Source: Tissierellia bacterium
GTDB taxonomy: Bacteria > Bacillota > Clostridia > Tissierellales > Tissierellaceae
Direction of reading: 5' to 3'
Length of the DNA stretch: 64,000 bases
Assembly (NCBI GenBank): GCA_028708575.1
Contig: JAQVYQ010000001.1
Span: 116 to 64,115, forward strand
Shown: piece by piece, positions 49,907 through 59,343 of the stretch
How the letters are laid out: each line of letters begins with the position of its first letter
Position numbering within the stretch: position 1 is the first letter of the stretch
Notes under the pieces: generated by a model
What the model saw: the letters and a program-made list of their open reading frames with translations, nothing else
What the model was told of the DNA's origin: nothing
Database searches by the model: none
Program-made: the position numbers and the translations under genes

Positions 49907-50218
49907 ATGTACGCAGTAATAGAAACTGGTGGTAAACAATACAGAGTACAAGAAGGAGATACGGTTTTTGTAGAAAAACTAGATGTCGCAGAAGGTGAAA
50001 CTGTAAATTTTGACAAAGTTCTTTTACTTTCAAACGAAGGTAATTTAAATGCTGGAAAACCATATGTTGAAGGTGCAAATGTTGAAGGCACTGTTTTAGA
50101 ACAAGGTAAAGCAAAGAAAATTATTGTATTTAAATATAAGTCTAAAAAGAATTATAGAAAGAAAAAAGGTCATCGTCAACCATTTACAAAAATTAAAATC
50201 GATAAGATTGTAGGTTAG
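49907..50218 (+). CDS. rplU: 50S ribosomal protein L21
   Basis: [23 protein letters not shown]. Confidence 0.98.
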   Translation: MYAVIETGGKQYRVQEGDTVFVEKLDVAEGETVNFDKVLLLSNEGNLNAGKPYVEGANVEGTVLEQGKAKKIIVFKYKSKKNYRKKKGHRQPFTKIKIDKIVG

Positions 50219-50220
50219 TA

Positions 50221-50580
50221 ATGATTGATGTAATGGTTATTATGGATTCTAAAGGTTTTATTAACCAATATACCATAAGAGGTCATGCAAATCATGGTAA
50301 ATATGGTGAAGATATAGTTTGTGCTGCTGTATCAATTTTAGGGCATACTGCCTTAAGATCTTTAGTAGACGTTTGCGACTTAGATGAAGATGAAATATCT
50401 TACTCAGTTGATGATGAATCAGGTTACTTAGACGTAAAGGTATTAATAAATCTTGATGATTTAAGAATAGAGAGCGTTCAAATTGTATTAAAAACTTTTA
50501 TAACTGGAATAAAATCCATGGTAGAAAATTATTCTGAAAATATTACACTAGAATATAGAGGAGGTGTAATGAATGCTTAA
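50221..50580 (+). CDS. prp: Ribosomal-processing cysteine protease Prp
   Basis: GHA...DIVCAAVS catalytic His/Cys; between rplU and rpmA. Confidence 0.93.
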   Translation: MIDVMVIMDSKGFINQYTIRGHANHGKYGEDIVCAAVSILGHTALRSLVDVCDLDEDEISYSVDDESGYLDVKVLINLDDLRIESVQIVLKTFITGIKSMVENYSENITLEYRGGVMNA

Positions 50581-50863
50581 ATTAAATTTGCAACTATTTG
50601 CTTCTAAGAAAGGAGTAGGTAGCTCAAGAAACGGTAGAGATAGTCAAGCTAAAAGACTAGGAACAAAAAGAGGCGATGGCCAATTTGTTCTAGCAGGCAA
50701 TATATTAGTTAGACAAAGAGGCACAAAAATCCACCCTGGAAATAATGTTGGAAGAGGTGGAGATGATACTCTATTTGCAACTGTTGATGGCGTTGTAAAA
50801 TTCGAAAGAAAAGGCAGAGATAGAAAACAAGTAAGTGTATATCCTGTTGAAGAATTAGCATAG
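50573..50863 (+). CDS. rpmA: 50S ribosomal protein L27 with Prp-cleaved N-terminal extension
   Basis: [33 protein letters not shown]. Confidence 0.98.
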   Translation: MLKLNLQLFASKKGVGSSRNGRDSQAKRLGTKRGDGQFVLAGNILVRQRGTKIHPGNNVGRGGDDTLFATVDGVVKFERKGRDRKQVSVYPVEELA

Positions 50864-50869
50864 TTAATT

Positions 50870-50898
50870 AAGCTTACCTCCTGGTAAGCTTTTATTTT
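50870..50898 (+). terminator. Terminator after rpmA
   Basis: AAGCTTACC-tcct-GGTAAGCTT plus T tract. Confidence 0.85.
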
Positions 50899-50939
50899 TT
50901 CTAAAATTGTTTAATAATGCTTATACTTGAAGAAACTAA

Positions 50940-50967
50940 TTGACATAGATAGAAAAGCAAGTATAAT
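50940..50967 (+). promoter_or_regulatory. Consensus sigmaA promoter of obgE
   Basis: TTGACA-N16-TATAAT. Confidence 0.8.
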
Positions 50968-50997
50968 AATTTCAAATAGACTTAAAAGAAAATAAGG

Positions 50998-52275
50998 ATG
51001 ATGAATATGTTCATAGATGTTGCCAATATTAAAGTTAGGGCAGGTAAAGGTGGCGATGGAGTAGTTGCTTGGAGGAGAGAAAAATTTGAACCTTCAGGGG
51101 GACCTTATGGTGGTGACGGTGGTAATGGAGGTTCAATTATACTACAAGTTGATCAAGGGATTAGAACTTTAATGGACTTCCGTTATAAGCGTGTCTATAA
51201 AGGTGAAAATGGAGAAAATGGTAGGACCAAAAAGCAATATGGGAAAAATGGTCAAGATGTCATTTTAAAGGTGCCAGTTGGGACTTTAGTAAAAGATGAG
51301 GAAACAGGAAAAGTAATTGTAGATTTAAAAGAAAAGGGACAAAGTTACGTAATAGCAAAGGGTGGAAGAGGCGGTAGAGGAAACGCTAAGTTTGCTACTT
51401 CTACAAGGCAAGCCCCCACTTTTGCAGAAGCAGGTACTAAAGGACAAGAAAAAGACATTGTTTTAGAACTGAAATTATTAGCTGATGTAGGGTTAATAGG
51501 ATTTCCTAATGTAGGTAAATCTACTATTTTGTCAATAGTATCAGCAGCAAAGCCTAAGATAGCTAATTATCACTTTACGACTCTAAAACCAAATTTAGGA
51601 GTAGTAAGAATAGATGAAGCCAAAAGCTTTGTAATTGCAGATATACCTGGGTTAATAGAAGGAGCGTCAGAAGGTGCTGGATTGGGCCATGATTTCTTAA
51701 AACATATTGAACGAACTAGAGTATTAGTACATGTAATAGATGCCGCTAGTAGTGAAGGGAGAAACCCTATTGACGATTTTTATAAGATAAATGATGAATT
51801 AAATCAGTATAATGATAAATTAAGTGAAAAGCCTCAAATTATTGTAGCTAATAAAATGGATTTGCCTAATGCAGAAGAGGGGCTTGATGCTATTAGAAAA
51901 GAATTTGAACCTAAGGGATATAGTATATACCCAATATCAGCTGCAACAAGAGCTGGTATAGATGAGTTGAAATATGCAATGTGGGAAATAGTTGAAAATT
52001 CTGATACACCTTATGATACTTATGACGAAGAATTTTTTGAATCAGAAAAACAAGAAGAAACAATAATTGTTAAGTATGAAGAAGGTAAGTATATAGTAGA
52101 AGGTTCATATATTGAAAGACTATTATATTTAACTTATTTTGATGATGCTGATTCCTTGAGATTTTTCCAAGAAAATCTAAGAAAAAAAGGAGTCGTTGAC
52201 CAATTAGAGAAACTTGGAATTAAAGAAGGAGATGCTGTTTTTATTTGTGATAATGAATTTGAATTCTATTTTTAA
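50998..52275 (+). CDS. obgE: GTPase ObgE
   Basis: Gly-rich Obg fold, GFPNVGKST, YHFTTL, DIPGLIEGAS, NKMD, OCT domain. Confidence 0.98.
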   Translation: MMNMFIDVANIKVRAGKGGDGVVAWRREKFEPSGGPYGGDGGNGGSIILQVDQGIRTLMDFRYKRVYKGENGENGRTKKQYGKNGQDVILKVPVGTLVKDEETGKVIVDLKEKGQSYVIAKGGRGGRGNAKFATSTRQAPTFAEAGTKGQEKDIVLELKLLADVGLIGFPNVGKSTILSIVSAAKPKIANYHFTTLKPNLGVVRIDEAKSFVIADIPGLIEGASEGAGLGHDFLKHIERTRVLVHVIDAASSEGRNPIDDFYKINDELNQYNDKLSEKPQIIVANKMDLPNAEEGLDAIRKEFEPKGYSIYPISAATRAGIDELKYAMWEIVENSDTPYDTYDEEFFESEKQEETIIVKYEEGKYIVEGSYIERLLYLTYFDDADSLRFFQENLRKKGVVDQLEKLGIKEGDAVFICDNEFEFYF

Positions 52276-52378
52276 TTAGGTGAAAAGCGTCCGCCTGGTT
52301 AAAATGGTCATTTAAAGACACTCTGACATGTAGTTGCATCAGTAAAAAAACTATTATAAAATCTTGTTATAACAAGGG

Positions 52379-52681
52379 GTGGATATATTGTTATCTGGAA
52401 AACAAAGAAGTTATTTAAAGGGATTAGCTAATAATATAGATCCAATATTTCAATTGGGGAAAAGCGGATTAACAGATAATTTCATTAAACAAATTGATGG
52501 TGCATTAGAAACTAGGGAATTATTAAAAGTCAATGTATTAAAAAGTTGTGATTTAGATCCTACAGAAGTTGCAAATTACTTAATTAATGAATTATCTGCA
52601 GAATTTGTGCAAAGTATTGGAAGAAGATTTGTGATATATAGAGAATCAAAAGAAAATAAAAAAATTGAACTGCCAGGTTAG
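52379..52681 (+). CDS. yhbY: YhbY/CRM family RNA-binding protein
   Basis: LSGKQRSYLK, QLGKSG, RELLKVNV, VQSIG; start may be TTG 52388. Confidence 0.93.
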   Translation: MDILLSGKQRSYLKGLANNIDPIFQLGKSGLTDNFIKQIDGALETRELLKVNVLKSCDLDPTEVANYLINELSAEFVQSIGRRFVIYRESKENKKIELPG

Positions 52682-52688
52682 TATATGA

Positions 52689-52711
52689 CATCAGAACGCT
52701 TTGTTCTGATG
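52689..52711 (+). other. Perfect 9-bp hairpin between yhbY and nadD
   Basis: CATCAGAAC-gcttt-GTTCTGATG followed by a weak TTTAATTT tract. Confidence 0.5.
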
Positions 52712-52732
52712 TTTAATTTAGGGGGGATTATC

Positions 52733-53341
52733 ATGAAAATTGGTTTACTTGGAGGTACATTTAATCCCATACATATGGGCCATCTGATAATAAGTGAATA
52801 TATCAGAGAAGTCTTCCCACTAGATAAAGTTATTTTTATTCCAACTGGTGATCCTCCACATAAGAATGAAAGCACACTTATACCTGCACTTGATAGGTAT
52901 GAAATGACAAAATTGGCCATAAAAACTAATCCGTATTTTGATGTATCAGATATCGAATTAAAAAGAGTAGGCAAAAGCTATACATCTGATACTATAGATG
53001 CGTTTAAAGCTGAATTACCACAAGATGAGCTTTATTTTATTATTGGTGGTGATATTTTAGATGAACTAATAAGCTGGAAAGATATTAGAGATGTCTTCAA
53101 AAAAATTGGCTTTATTATGATTGGAAGAAATAGATTAAAAGATAATGAAATAATGAAAAAGATTAATGATTATAATAAAGAATATAATTCAACTATATAC
53201 TATATTGAAGGCCCACAAATTGAAATCTCTTCAACATTAATAAGAGAACTTATAAAAGAAAAAAAGTCAATTAGATATTTGGTTCCTAAAGAGATAGAAG
53301 ACTACATACTTTATCATGATTTGTATTTGATGGGGGATTAA
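52733..53341 (+). CDS. nadD: Nicotinate-nucleotide adenylyltransferase
   Basis: GGTFNPIHMGH, PPHK, SYT, FIIGGD, ISSTLIR. Confidence 0.96.
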   Translation: MKIGLLGGTFNPIHMGHLIISEYIREVFPLDKVIFIPTGDPPHKNESTLIPALDRYEMTKLAIKTNPYFDVSDIELKRVGKSYTSDTIDAFKAELPQDELYFIIGGDILDELISWKDIRDVFKKIGFIMIGRNRLKDNEIMKKINDYNKEYNSTIYYIEGPQIEISSTLIRELIKEKKSIRYLVPKEIEDYILYHDLYLMGD

Positions 53342-53342
53342 A

Positions 53343-53915
53343 TTGGATAATGTACAAGAAATTTTAATAGAAAAGATAGGCAAGAAGAGAGTCGAGCATT
53401 CAATAGGGGTAATGGAAACTGCCATGGAATTAGCAAAACTATATTATGTAGACATGGATAAGGCCAAAATAGCTGGGATACTTCATGATTGTGCAAAGTA
53501 TGGGGATAAGTCATATTTATTGAAAAGAGCTAGTGACTTTGATATAATACTAGATAAAATAATGATAGAAAACTATCAGCTTATTCATGGCCCTTTAGGT
53601 GCAGAAGTTGCAAAGGAAGATTTTGGGGTTAAGGATGAAGAAATACTAAATGCTATTAGATATCATACTACTGGTAGGGAAAATATGACTTTACTCGATA
53701 AGATTATATATTTAGCAGATTATATTGAACCAAGCAGAAATTTTCTGGGGGTTGAAAAGGCTCGGAAGCTTGCTTTTGAAAACTTAGATAAAAGTTTAAT
53801 ATATGCTATGGATAATACTGTAATACAGTTAATAAAGACGAGCAAGCTTATTCATTTAGATACTATTAAAGCACGAAATTATTTAGTTTTAAAAGAAAAC
53901 AGTATGGATCTTTAG
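53343..53915 (+). CDS. yqeK: YqeK HD-domain Ap4A hydrolase
   Basis: RVEHS, LHDCAK, HGPLGA, IRYHTTG, LADYIEPSR; after nadD. Confidence 0.92.
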   Translation: MDNVQEILIEKIGKKRVEHSIGVMETAMELAKLYYVDMDKAKIAGILHDCAKYGDKSYLLKRASDFDIILDKIMIENYQLIHGPLGAEVAKEDFGVKDEEILNAIRYHTTGRENMTLLDKIIYLADYIEPSRNFLGVEKARKLAFENLDKSLIYAMDNTVIQLIKTSKLIHLDTIKARNYLVLKENSMDL

Positions 53916-54011
53916 ATTTATAAGTTTAATTATGGAGAAGTGAGAAAGTTGAATAACAGTGTGTTTTTGTTAATCAATTATTAAAAAATAAAATAAGGAG
54001 AGGATAATTTA

Positions 54012-54353
54012 ATGGACAATATTGATAACCAATTATCAATAATTAAACAGGCTATAGAAGATAAAAAAGGTATAGATATGGAAATATTAAATATTTCTGA
54101 AATGACATCTATAGCTGACTACTTTGTTATAGTAAGTGGTAATTCGTCTATCCAAGTTACTTCCATAGCAGATGAAATAGAAAATAAAATGTTTTTAGCT
54201 GGTTTAGAAAAGGTAAACAAAGAAGGTTATGAAAGTGCAAGATGGATTTTATTAGATTATGGTGATATAATAGTACATGTATTTCATAAGGATGAACGGG
54301 AATTCTATAATTTAGAAAGATTATGGTCCCAATATGAAAGAAAGACAGAATAA
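54012..54353 (+). CDS. rsfS: Ribosome silencing factor RsfS
   Basis: EDKKG, IADYFVI, WILLDYGDIIVHVF, REFYNLERLW. Confidence 0.96.
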   Translation: MDNIDNQLSIIKQAIEDKKGIDMEILNISEMTSIADYFVIVSGNSSIQVTSIADEIENKMFLAGLEKVNKEGYESARWILLDYGDIIVHVFHKDEREFYNLERLWSQYERKTE

Positions 54354-54367
54354 GGAGGAGGAAGAAT

Positions 54368-54745
54368 ATGAGTTTAGAATTAATTTCAACAAAAGATGCA
54401 CCAGCAGCAATAGGTCCATATTCACAAGGAATTAAGGGAGGTAATCTAGTATTTACATCAGGACAACTTCCAATAAATCCAACTAATGGTGAACTTATTA
54501 TGGAAATTAAAGAAGCTACTAAGCAAAGTTTAGAAAATGTTAAGGCTGTTCTAGAGGATGTAGGAGCGACTTTAGAGGATGTAGCTAAAGTTACAATTTT
54601 CATATCTAATATGGACAATTTTGCAGCTGTAAATGAAGTTTATGGAGAGTATTTTAGCAGTCATAAACCTGCAAGAAGCTGTGTAGAAGTTGCGAAGCTT
54701 CCAAAGGAAGCACTTATTGAAATAGAAGCAATTGCTATAAAATAA
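54368..54745 (+). CDS. ridA: RidA/YjgF family enamine deaminase
   Basis: APAAIGPYSQ, FTSGQLP, NEVY, PARSCVEV, IEIEAIA. Confidence 0.92.
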   Translation: MSLELISTKDAPAAIGPYSQGIKGGNLVFTSGQLPINPTNGELIMEIKEATKQSLENVKAVLEDVGATLEDVAKVTIFISNMDNFAAVNEVYGEYFSSHKPARSCVEVAKLPKEALIEIEAIAIK

Positions 54746-54761
54746 TATTCTTAAAAAAAAC

Positions 54762-54782
54762 AAACCTGACTTTGTCAGGTTT
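54762..54782. terminator. Bidirectional terminator between ridA and the convergent dac gene
   Basis: AAACCTGAC-ttt-GTCAGGTTT with A-rich and T-rich flanks. Confidence 0.85.
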
Positions 54783-56049
54783 ATTTCATTTCATATGGTA
54801 CATTATACGATTTTCTATTTGCTCTTTTTCTACTACGTTTCTTCAGAACTACAACTCTTAAAATTATAAAAGCAGCAAAAACTATTAAATACCATTTGCT
54901 CAAAATTTTATTTGATGTCTTTGTCATAGGGTCAAGTTCTACATCCATAGTAGATATTATTTCCTTTTCTCCAATAGGCTCACCATCTAGGTTATACACC
55001 ACATTACCTAAAGTATCACCTTTGTTTATTGGAGCTACTAAACTTTCTCTAAGATTTAATTTCATTTCAATTTTATCCATATTGCCGTTTAAGAGCGGAT
55101 AAACAAAATCTTCGTTTAATACTCCGGCCACATAAGTTTGTACTCCGTCTTTAATCTCAATATTTTCTATAAATTCATTTTTAAAAGCAATAATTGTATT
55201 ATCAAAATTGTTAAAACCGTAATTCAATAGTTTATGAGTATCAGAGTATACCCCATGAACACTTGATTTAAGTACAACAGCAATCAACCTTTGGCCATTT
55301 TTTTCGGCATATGATGAAAGGCAAAACTGTGCTTGACTAGTAGTACCTGTTTTTACACCTGAAGCTCCCTCATATTTAGTAGGAATATAATTATCATCTA
55401 CATATATTTTGGTATGGTCACTTAGAAGTCTATTAGTGTTTTTAAAATACCTTGTTTCTTCTTTTAGATTTGTAGGTGGAATTTCATATGTTACAGTATT
55501 GACGATATTTTTAAATGTTTCATTTTGCATTGCGTACTGAGCAAACAAAGCAATATCATGGGCACTAGAATAATGATCGTCCTCATGAAGTCCGTTTGGA
55601 TTAACAAAATTAGTATTTGTAGCGCCTAATACCTTAGCTTTTTCATTCATCAAATTTACAAAACCATCAATAGAACCAGATATATGTTTAGCTATTGATA
55701 GTGCTGCGTCATTAGCAGATGGAATTAGTAGGGCATTTAACATTTGCTCCAAAGTAAGTTTTTCACCAGGCTCTAATGCAATATGACTTCCTTCTGTTAA
55801 ATCTACAATTTCTTGATCAACTGTCACTATTTCATTTAGTTTGCCTAGTTCCAGAGCCAAAATTGCAGTAGCAATTTTAGTAGTGCTCGCAGGATAAAGT
55901 CTCATATCCATATTTTTTTCATATAAGATTTCTTTAGTATCAAAATCCATAAGTATTGCTGCTTCACCTTCTAAAGATAGATTATCAGCAAAAGCAGTTG
56001 TGTATGTAAATAATAAAATAAATACTAATAAAAATACGATTTTTTTCAA
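54781..56049 (-). CDS. D-alanyl-D-alanine carboxypeptidase (peptidase S11)
   Basis: Signal peptide, PASTTK (SxxK), SANDAA, FVNPNGL, KTG, C-terminal TM anchor. Confidence 0.93.
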   Translation of the reverse strand: MKKIVFLLVFILLFTYTTAFADNLSLEGEAAILMDFDTKEILYEKNMDMRLYPASTTKIATAILALELGKLNEIVTVDQEIVDLTEGSHIALEPGEKLTLEQMLNALLIPSANDAALSIAKHISGSIDGFVNLMNEKAKVLGATNTNFVNPNGLHEDDHYSSAHDIALFAQYAMQNETFKNIVNTVTYEIPPTNLKEETRYFKNTNRLLSDHTKIYVDDNYIPTKYEGASGVKTGTTSQAQFCLSSYAEKNGQRLIAVVLKSSVHGVYSDTHKLLNYGFNNFDNTIIAFKNEFIENIEIKDGVQTYVAGVLNEDFVYPLLNGNMDKIEMKLNLRESLVAPINKGDTLGNVVYNLDGEPIGEKEIISTMDVELDPMTKTSNKILSKWYLIVFAAFIILRVVVLKKRSRKRANRKSYNVPYEMK

Positions 56050-56192
56050 AATATCACAGCCTTCTTATATTATACTAAATAGATTATAACAGAAATGCCT
56101 CTATATTTAAATAGATTAAATATTTTTACAAAAAAAAGGAATTTCAACAAATTAATAGAACTTAATACTATAATATAAATTAGGAGGTTTCT

Positions 56193-56858
56193 ATGGATTC
56201 CTTTACAAAAAAAGAACAAATAGTTATACTAATATTAGTTTTAGTAGTAATATTATCTTTGGGGGTTAGATTTGGATTAAGTAAGAATTCTAAACCTGAA
56301 GATGAGATCGAATTAGATGAAGAATCCCAAGTGTTAGAAGATTTTGAAGCAACAGTGAATAGCATTGATGAAAAGGTAGAAGATTTTGAAGCAAATCCGA
56401 TAATTATGGTTCATATTAGCGGAGAGGTCTACAATCCTGGGATTTATGAAATGGTAAATGGAGATAGAGTTAATGATGTTGTAAATCTAGCAGGTGGCTT
56501 AACAAAAAGTGCTGACGTTGATAGAATAAATTTAGCTAAGAAAATATTTGATGAAGAAAAGGTTCATATACCAAAAATTGGAGAAGAGATAAGTGATGGA
56601 AATACATCTGATATTTCAAATTTTAGTAGTTCTTCAGTAAATGAATCTTCTTACAATACTACTAATAATAAAATTGATTTAAATACATGCTCTAAAGATG
56701 AATTAATATCATTACCAGGTATCGGAAATATTACTGCAGATAAAATAATTGAATATAGAAATTCTAATAAATTTAGAAATATTGAAGAATTAAAGAATGT
56801 GTCTGGTATAGGAGATAAAAAATTTGAAAGTGTAAAAGAATTGATAAAAGTTAATTAG
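56193..56858 (+). CDS. comEA: ComEA family helix-hairpin-helix DNA-binding protein with SLBB domain
   Basis: TM anchor, VHISGEVYNPG, INLA, LPGIG, VSGIGDKKF. Confidence 0.88.
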   Translation: MDSFTKKEQIVILILVLVVILSLGVRFGLSKNSKPEDEIELDEESQVLEDFEATVNSIDEKVEDFEANPIIMVHISGEVYNPGIYEMVNGDRVNDVVNLAGGLTKSADVDRINLAKKIFDEEKVHIPKIGEEISDGNTSDISNFSSSSVNESSYNTTNNKIDLNTCSKDELISLPGIGNITADKIIEYRNSNKFRNIEELKNVSGIGDKKFESVKELIKVN

Positions 56859-56872
56859 TGGGGGTGTTTGCT

Positions 56873-57907
56873 ATGGAAAAAAGATTAACAGAATTGACAA
56901 AAAGCTCTGGTTGAGCAGCTAAAATCGGTCCCGATATATTGGCACAGGTCTTGTGCCATTTACCAAAAATGAATGATGATAACCTATTAGTCGGTTTTGA
57001 TACAGCTGATGATGCAGCAGTATATAAAATTACTGAAGATATAGCGCTTATTCAAACTCTAGACTTTTTTACACCAGTTGTTGATGATCCGTATACATTT
57101 GGTCAAATTGCTGCTGCAAATTCTCTCAGTGATGTGTACGCTATGGGCGGAGAACCAAAATTGGCAATGAATATCGTGTGTTTTCCAGATTGTTTAAAGC
57201 CTGAAGTATTAGGAGAAATATTAAGAGGCGGATCTGATAAGGTAATAGAAGCAGGTGCTGTATTAGTTGGTGGCCACACTGTTTCGGATGATGAGCCAAA
57301 GTACGGTTTATCTGTTTCAGGATTTGTACATCCAGATGAAGTGTTGACTAATAGCAATGCAAAGGTTGGAGATGTACTAGTTTTGACTAAACCTATTGGC
57401 TTAGGGGTTATAAACACAGCTATTAAGGCACAGCTGGCAGGAGAAGAAGTGTATAATGAGGCAGTAGTGGTCATGGCAACTTTGAACAAGTTTGGCAAAG
57501 AAGCTATAGATTCATCAGGGGGAGTTAATAGTCTAACAGACATAACTGGCTTTGGTCTATTAGGCCATGCATTAGAAATGGCAGAAGGGAGTTCTGTCAC
57601 AATAAAAATTAAATCTCAACAGGTACCAATTATCGAAGGTGCAGTAGAATTTGCAAATATGGGATTAGTTCCTGCAGGAGCATATTCAAATAAATATCAT
57701 GTTGGTGATAAAATCAAATTTGAGAACGAAATTCCCCAAAGTAGTAAAGATTTACTATTTGATCCACAAACATCAGGTGGTTTATTAATATCTATAAAGA
57801 AGGAAAATCTAGACGCATTATTAAAGGAATTAGAGAATTCACCTACTAAATATGCAATAATTGGAGAAGTAATAGAAAAAGGAGAATTCCCATTAATAGT
57901 TGAATAA
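56873..57907 (+). CDS. selD: Selenide, water dikinase; selenoprotein (Sec at codon 14)
   Basis: RBS then ATG 56873: [16 protein letters not shown](56912)-AAKIGP continuing in frame into the 56939 ORF; [35 protein letters not shown]. Confidence 0.96.
56915..56958 (+). promoter_or_regulatory. Bacterial SECIS-like element of selD
   Basis: TGGCACA-GGTCT-TGTGCCA perfect hairpin 26 nt after the UGA; GGUCU loop as in E. coli fdhF SECIS. Confidence 0.8.
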
Positions 57908-57924
57908 ATAAAGGATGGAATACT

Positions 57925-59340
57925 ATGGTAGAGAGAAATCTATTCAAATTGATTCCTAAAGTAGACGATATTTTAGGAAGAGACAATATAAAAAAAATAT
58001 TAGAAACAATTCCAAGAAATGTAGTTTTAGACTCAATAAGAGAAGAAACTAAATTAATTAGAGAAAAAATAAAAAATAATAAACAAGAAGAAGAAATTTT
58101 AGAAGTTATTAATAACTTAGAACTTAGTATTATAAGTAATGCAGAATATAAAAACTCTTATAAGCTTAGAAGAGTTATAAATGCAACTGGTGTAGTAGTT
58201 CATACAAATCTTGGAAGGTCTGTAATCAATGAAAAGATTATGGAAAATATAAATGATGTAGTTACTCATTATTCAAATTTAGAGTTTGATTTGTTGAAAG
58301 GTGTAAGAGGATCGAGATATAGCCATGTTGAAGAAATAATTGCAAAATGTACAGGTGCAGAAGCAGCAATGGTTGTAAATAATAATGCTGCAGCTGTTTT
58401 ATTAGTGCTAAATACTATGGCTAAAGGTAGAGATGTAATTGTATCAAGAGGAGAACTTATTGAAATAGGCGGTTCATTTAGAATTCCCGATGTTATGATA
58501 CAAAGCAGTGCTCATCTAGTTGAAGTTGGAACTACAAATAAAACACATCTGTTTGATTACGAAAAAGCTATAAGTGAGGATACTGCTGCTTTGTTAAAAG
58601 TACATACTTCTAATTATAGAATTTTAGGTTTTACTTCTTCTGTAGACGCTGTTGATCTAATTGAATTAAAAAATAAATATAATCTGCCTATTATAGAAGA
58701 TTTAGGTAGTGGTGTACTATTAGATTTATCGAAATATGGATTGGAGTATGAACCTACTGTACAGGATTCTATTAAAAATGGAATAGATATTGTAACTTTT
58801 AGCGGAGACAAATTATTAGGTGGACCTCAAGCAGGAATTATTGTGGGAAAGAAACAATACATAGAAGCTATGAAAAAGAATCAGCTTACTAGGGCTCTTA
58901 GAGTTGATAAATTCACTATTGCTGCATTAGAAGGAACACTAAAATATTATATGGATGAAGAAAATGTTGTTAATGAAATACCAACAATTCGAATGTTAAC
59001 AGACAGTATTGAAAGTATTAACAATAAAGCTTTGAAATTAAAGAGATATATTGATAATATAGAGATAGACTATTTTGATATTGCAATAGAAGATGAATTT
59101 TCAGAAGTTGGTGGTGGATCTTTACCTTTAGAGAGGATACCGACTAAATGCTTAGTTTTATCATTAGATGGAAAAGGTCTTCAAAAATTTGAAGAGTGTT
59201 TAAGAAGGTTTTCTATACCAATTATTGCAAGACTTTATAAAGATAGAGTATATTTTGATTTAAGAACCATAGAAGAAGATGAAATAAGTATTGTAGCTGA
59301 AGGAATAAAGTATGCTTTAGAACAGCTTAAGGAGTGTTAA
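57925..59340 (+). CDS. selA: L-seryl-tRNA(Sec) selenium transferase
   Basis: VINATGVVVHTNLGRS, VNNNAAAV, SRGELIEIGGSFR, FSGDKLLGGPQAG. Confidence 0.97.
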   Translation: MVERNLFKLIPKVDDILGRDNIKKILETIPRNVVLDSIREETKLIREKIKNNKQEEEILEVINNLELSIISNAEYKNSYKLRRVINATGVVVHTNLGRSVINEKIMENINDVVTHYSNLEFDLLKGVRGSRYSHVEEIIAKCTGAEAAMVVNNNAAAVLLVLNTMAKGRDVIVSRGELIEIGGSFRIPDVMIQSSAHLVEVGTTNKTHLFDYEKAISEDTAALLKVHTSNYRILGFTSSVDAVDLIELKNKYNLPIIEDLGSGVLLDLSKYGLEYEPTVQDSIKNGIDIVTFSGDKLLGGPQAGIIVGKKQYIEAMKKNQLTRALRVDKFTIAALEGTLKYYMDEENVVNEIPTIRMLTDSIESINNKALKLKRYIDNIEIDYFDIAIEDEFSEVGGGSLPLERIPTKCLVLSLDGKGLQKFEECLRRFSIPIIARLYKDRVYFDLRTIEEDEISIVAEGIKYALEQLKEC

Positions 59341-59343
59341 TTA

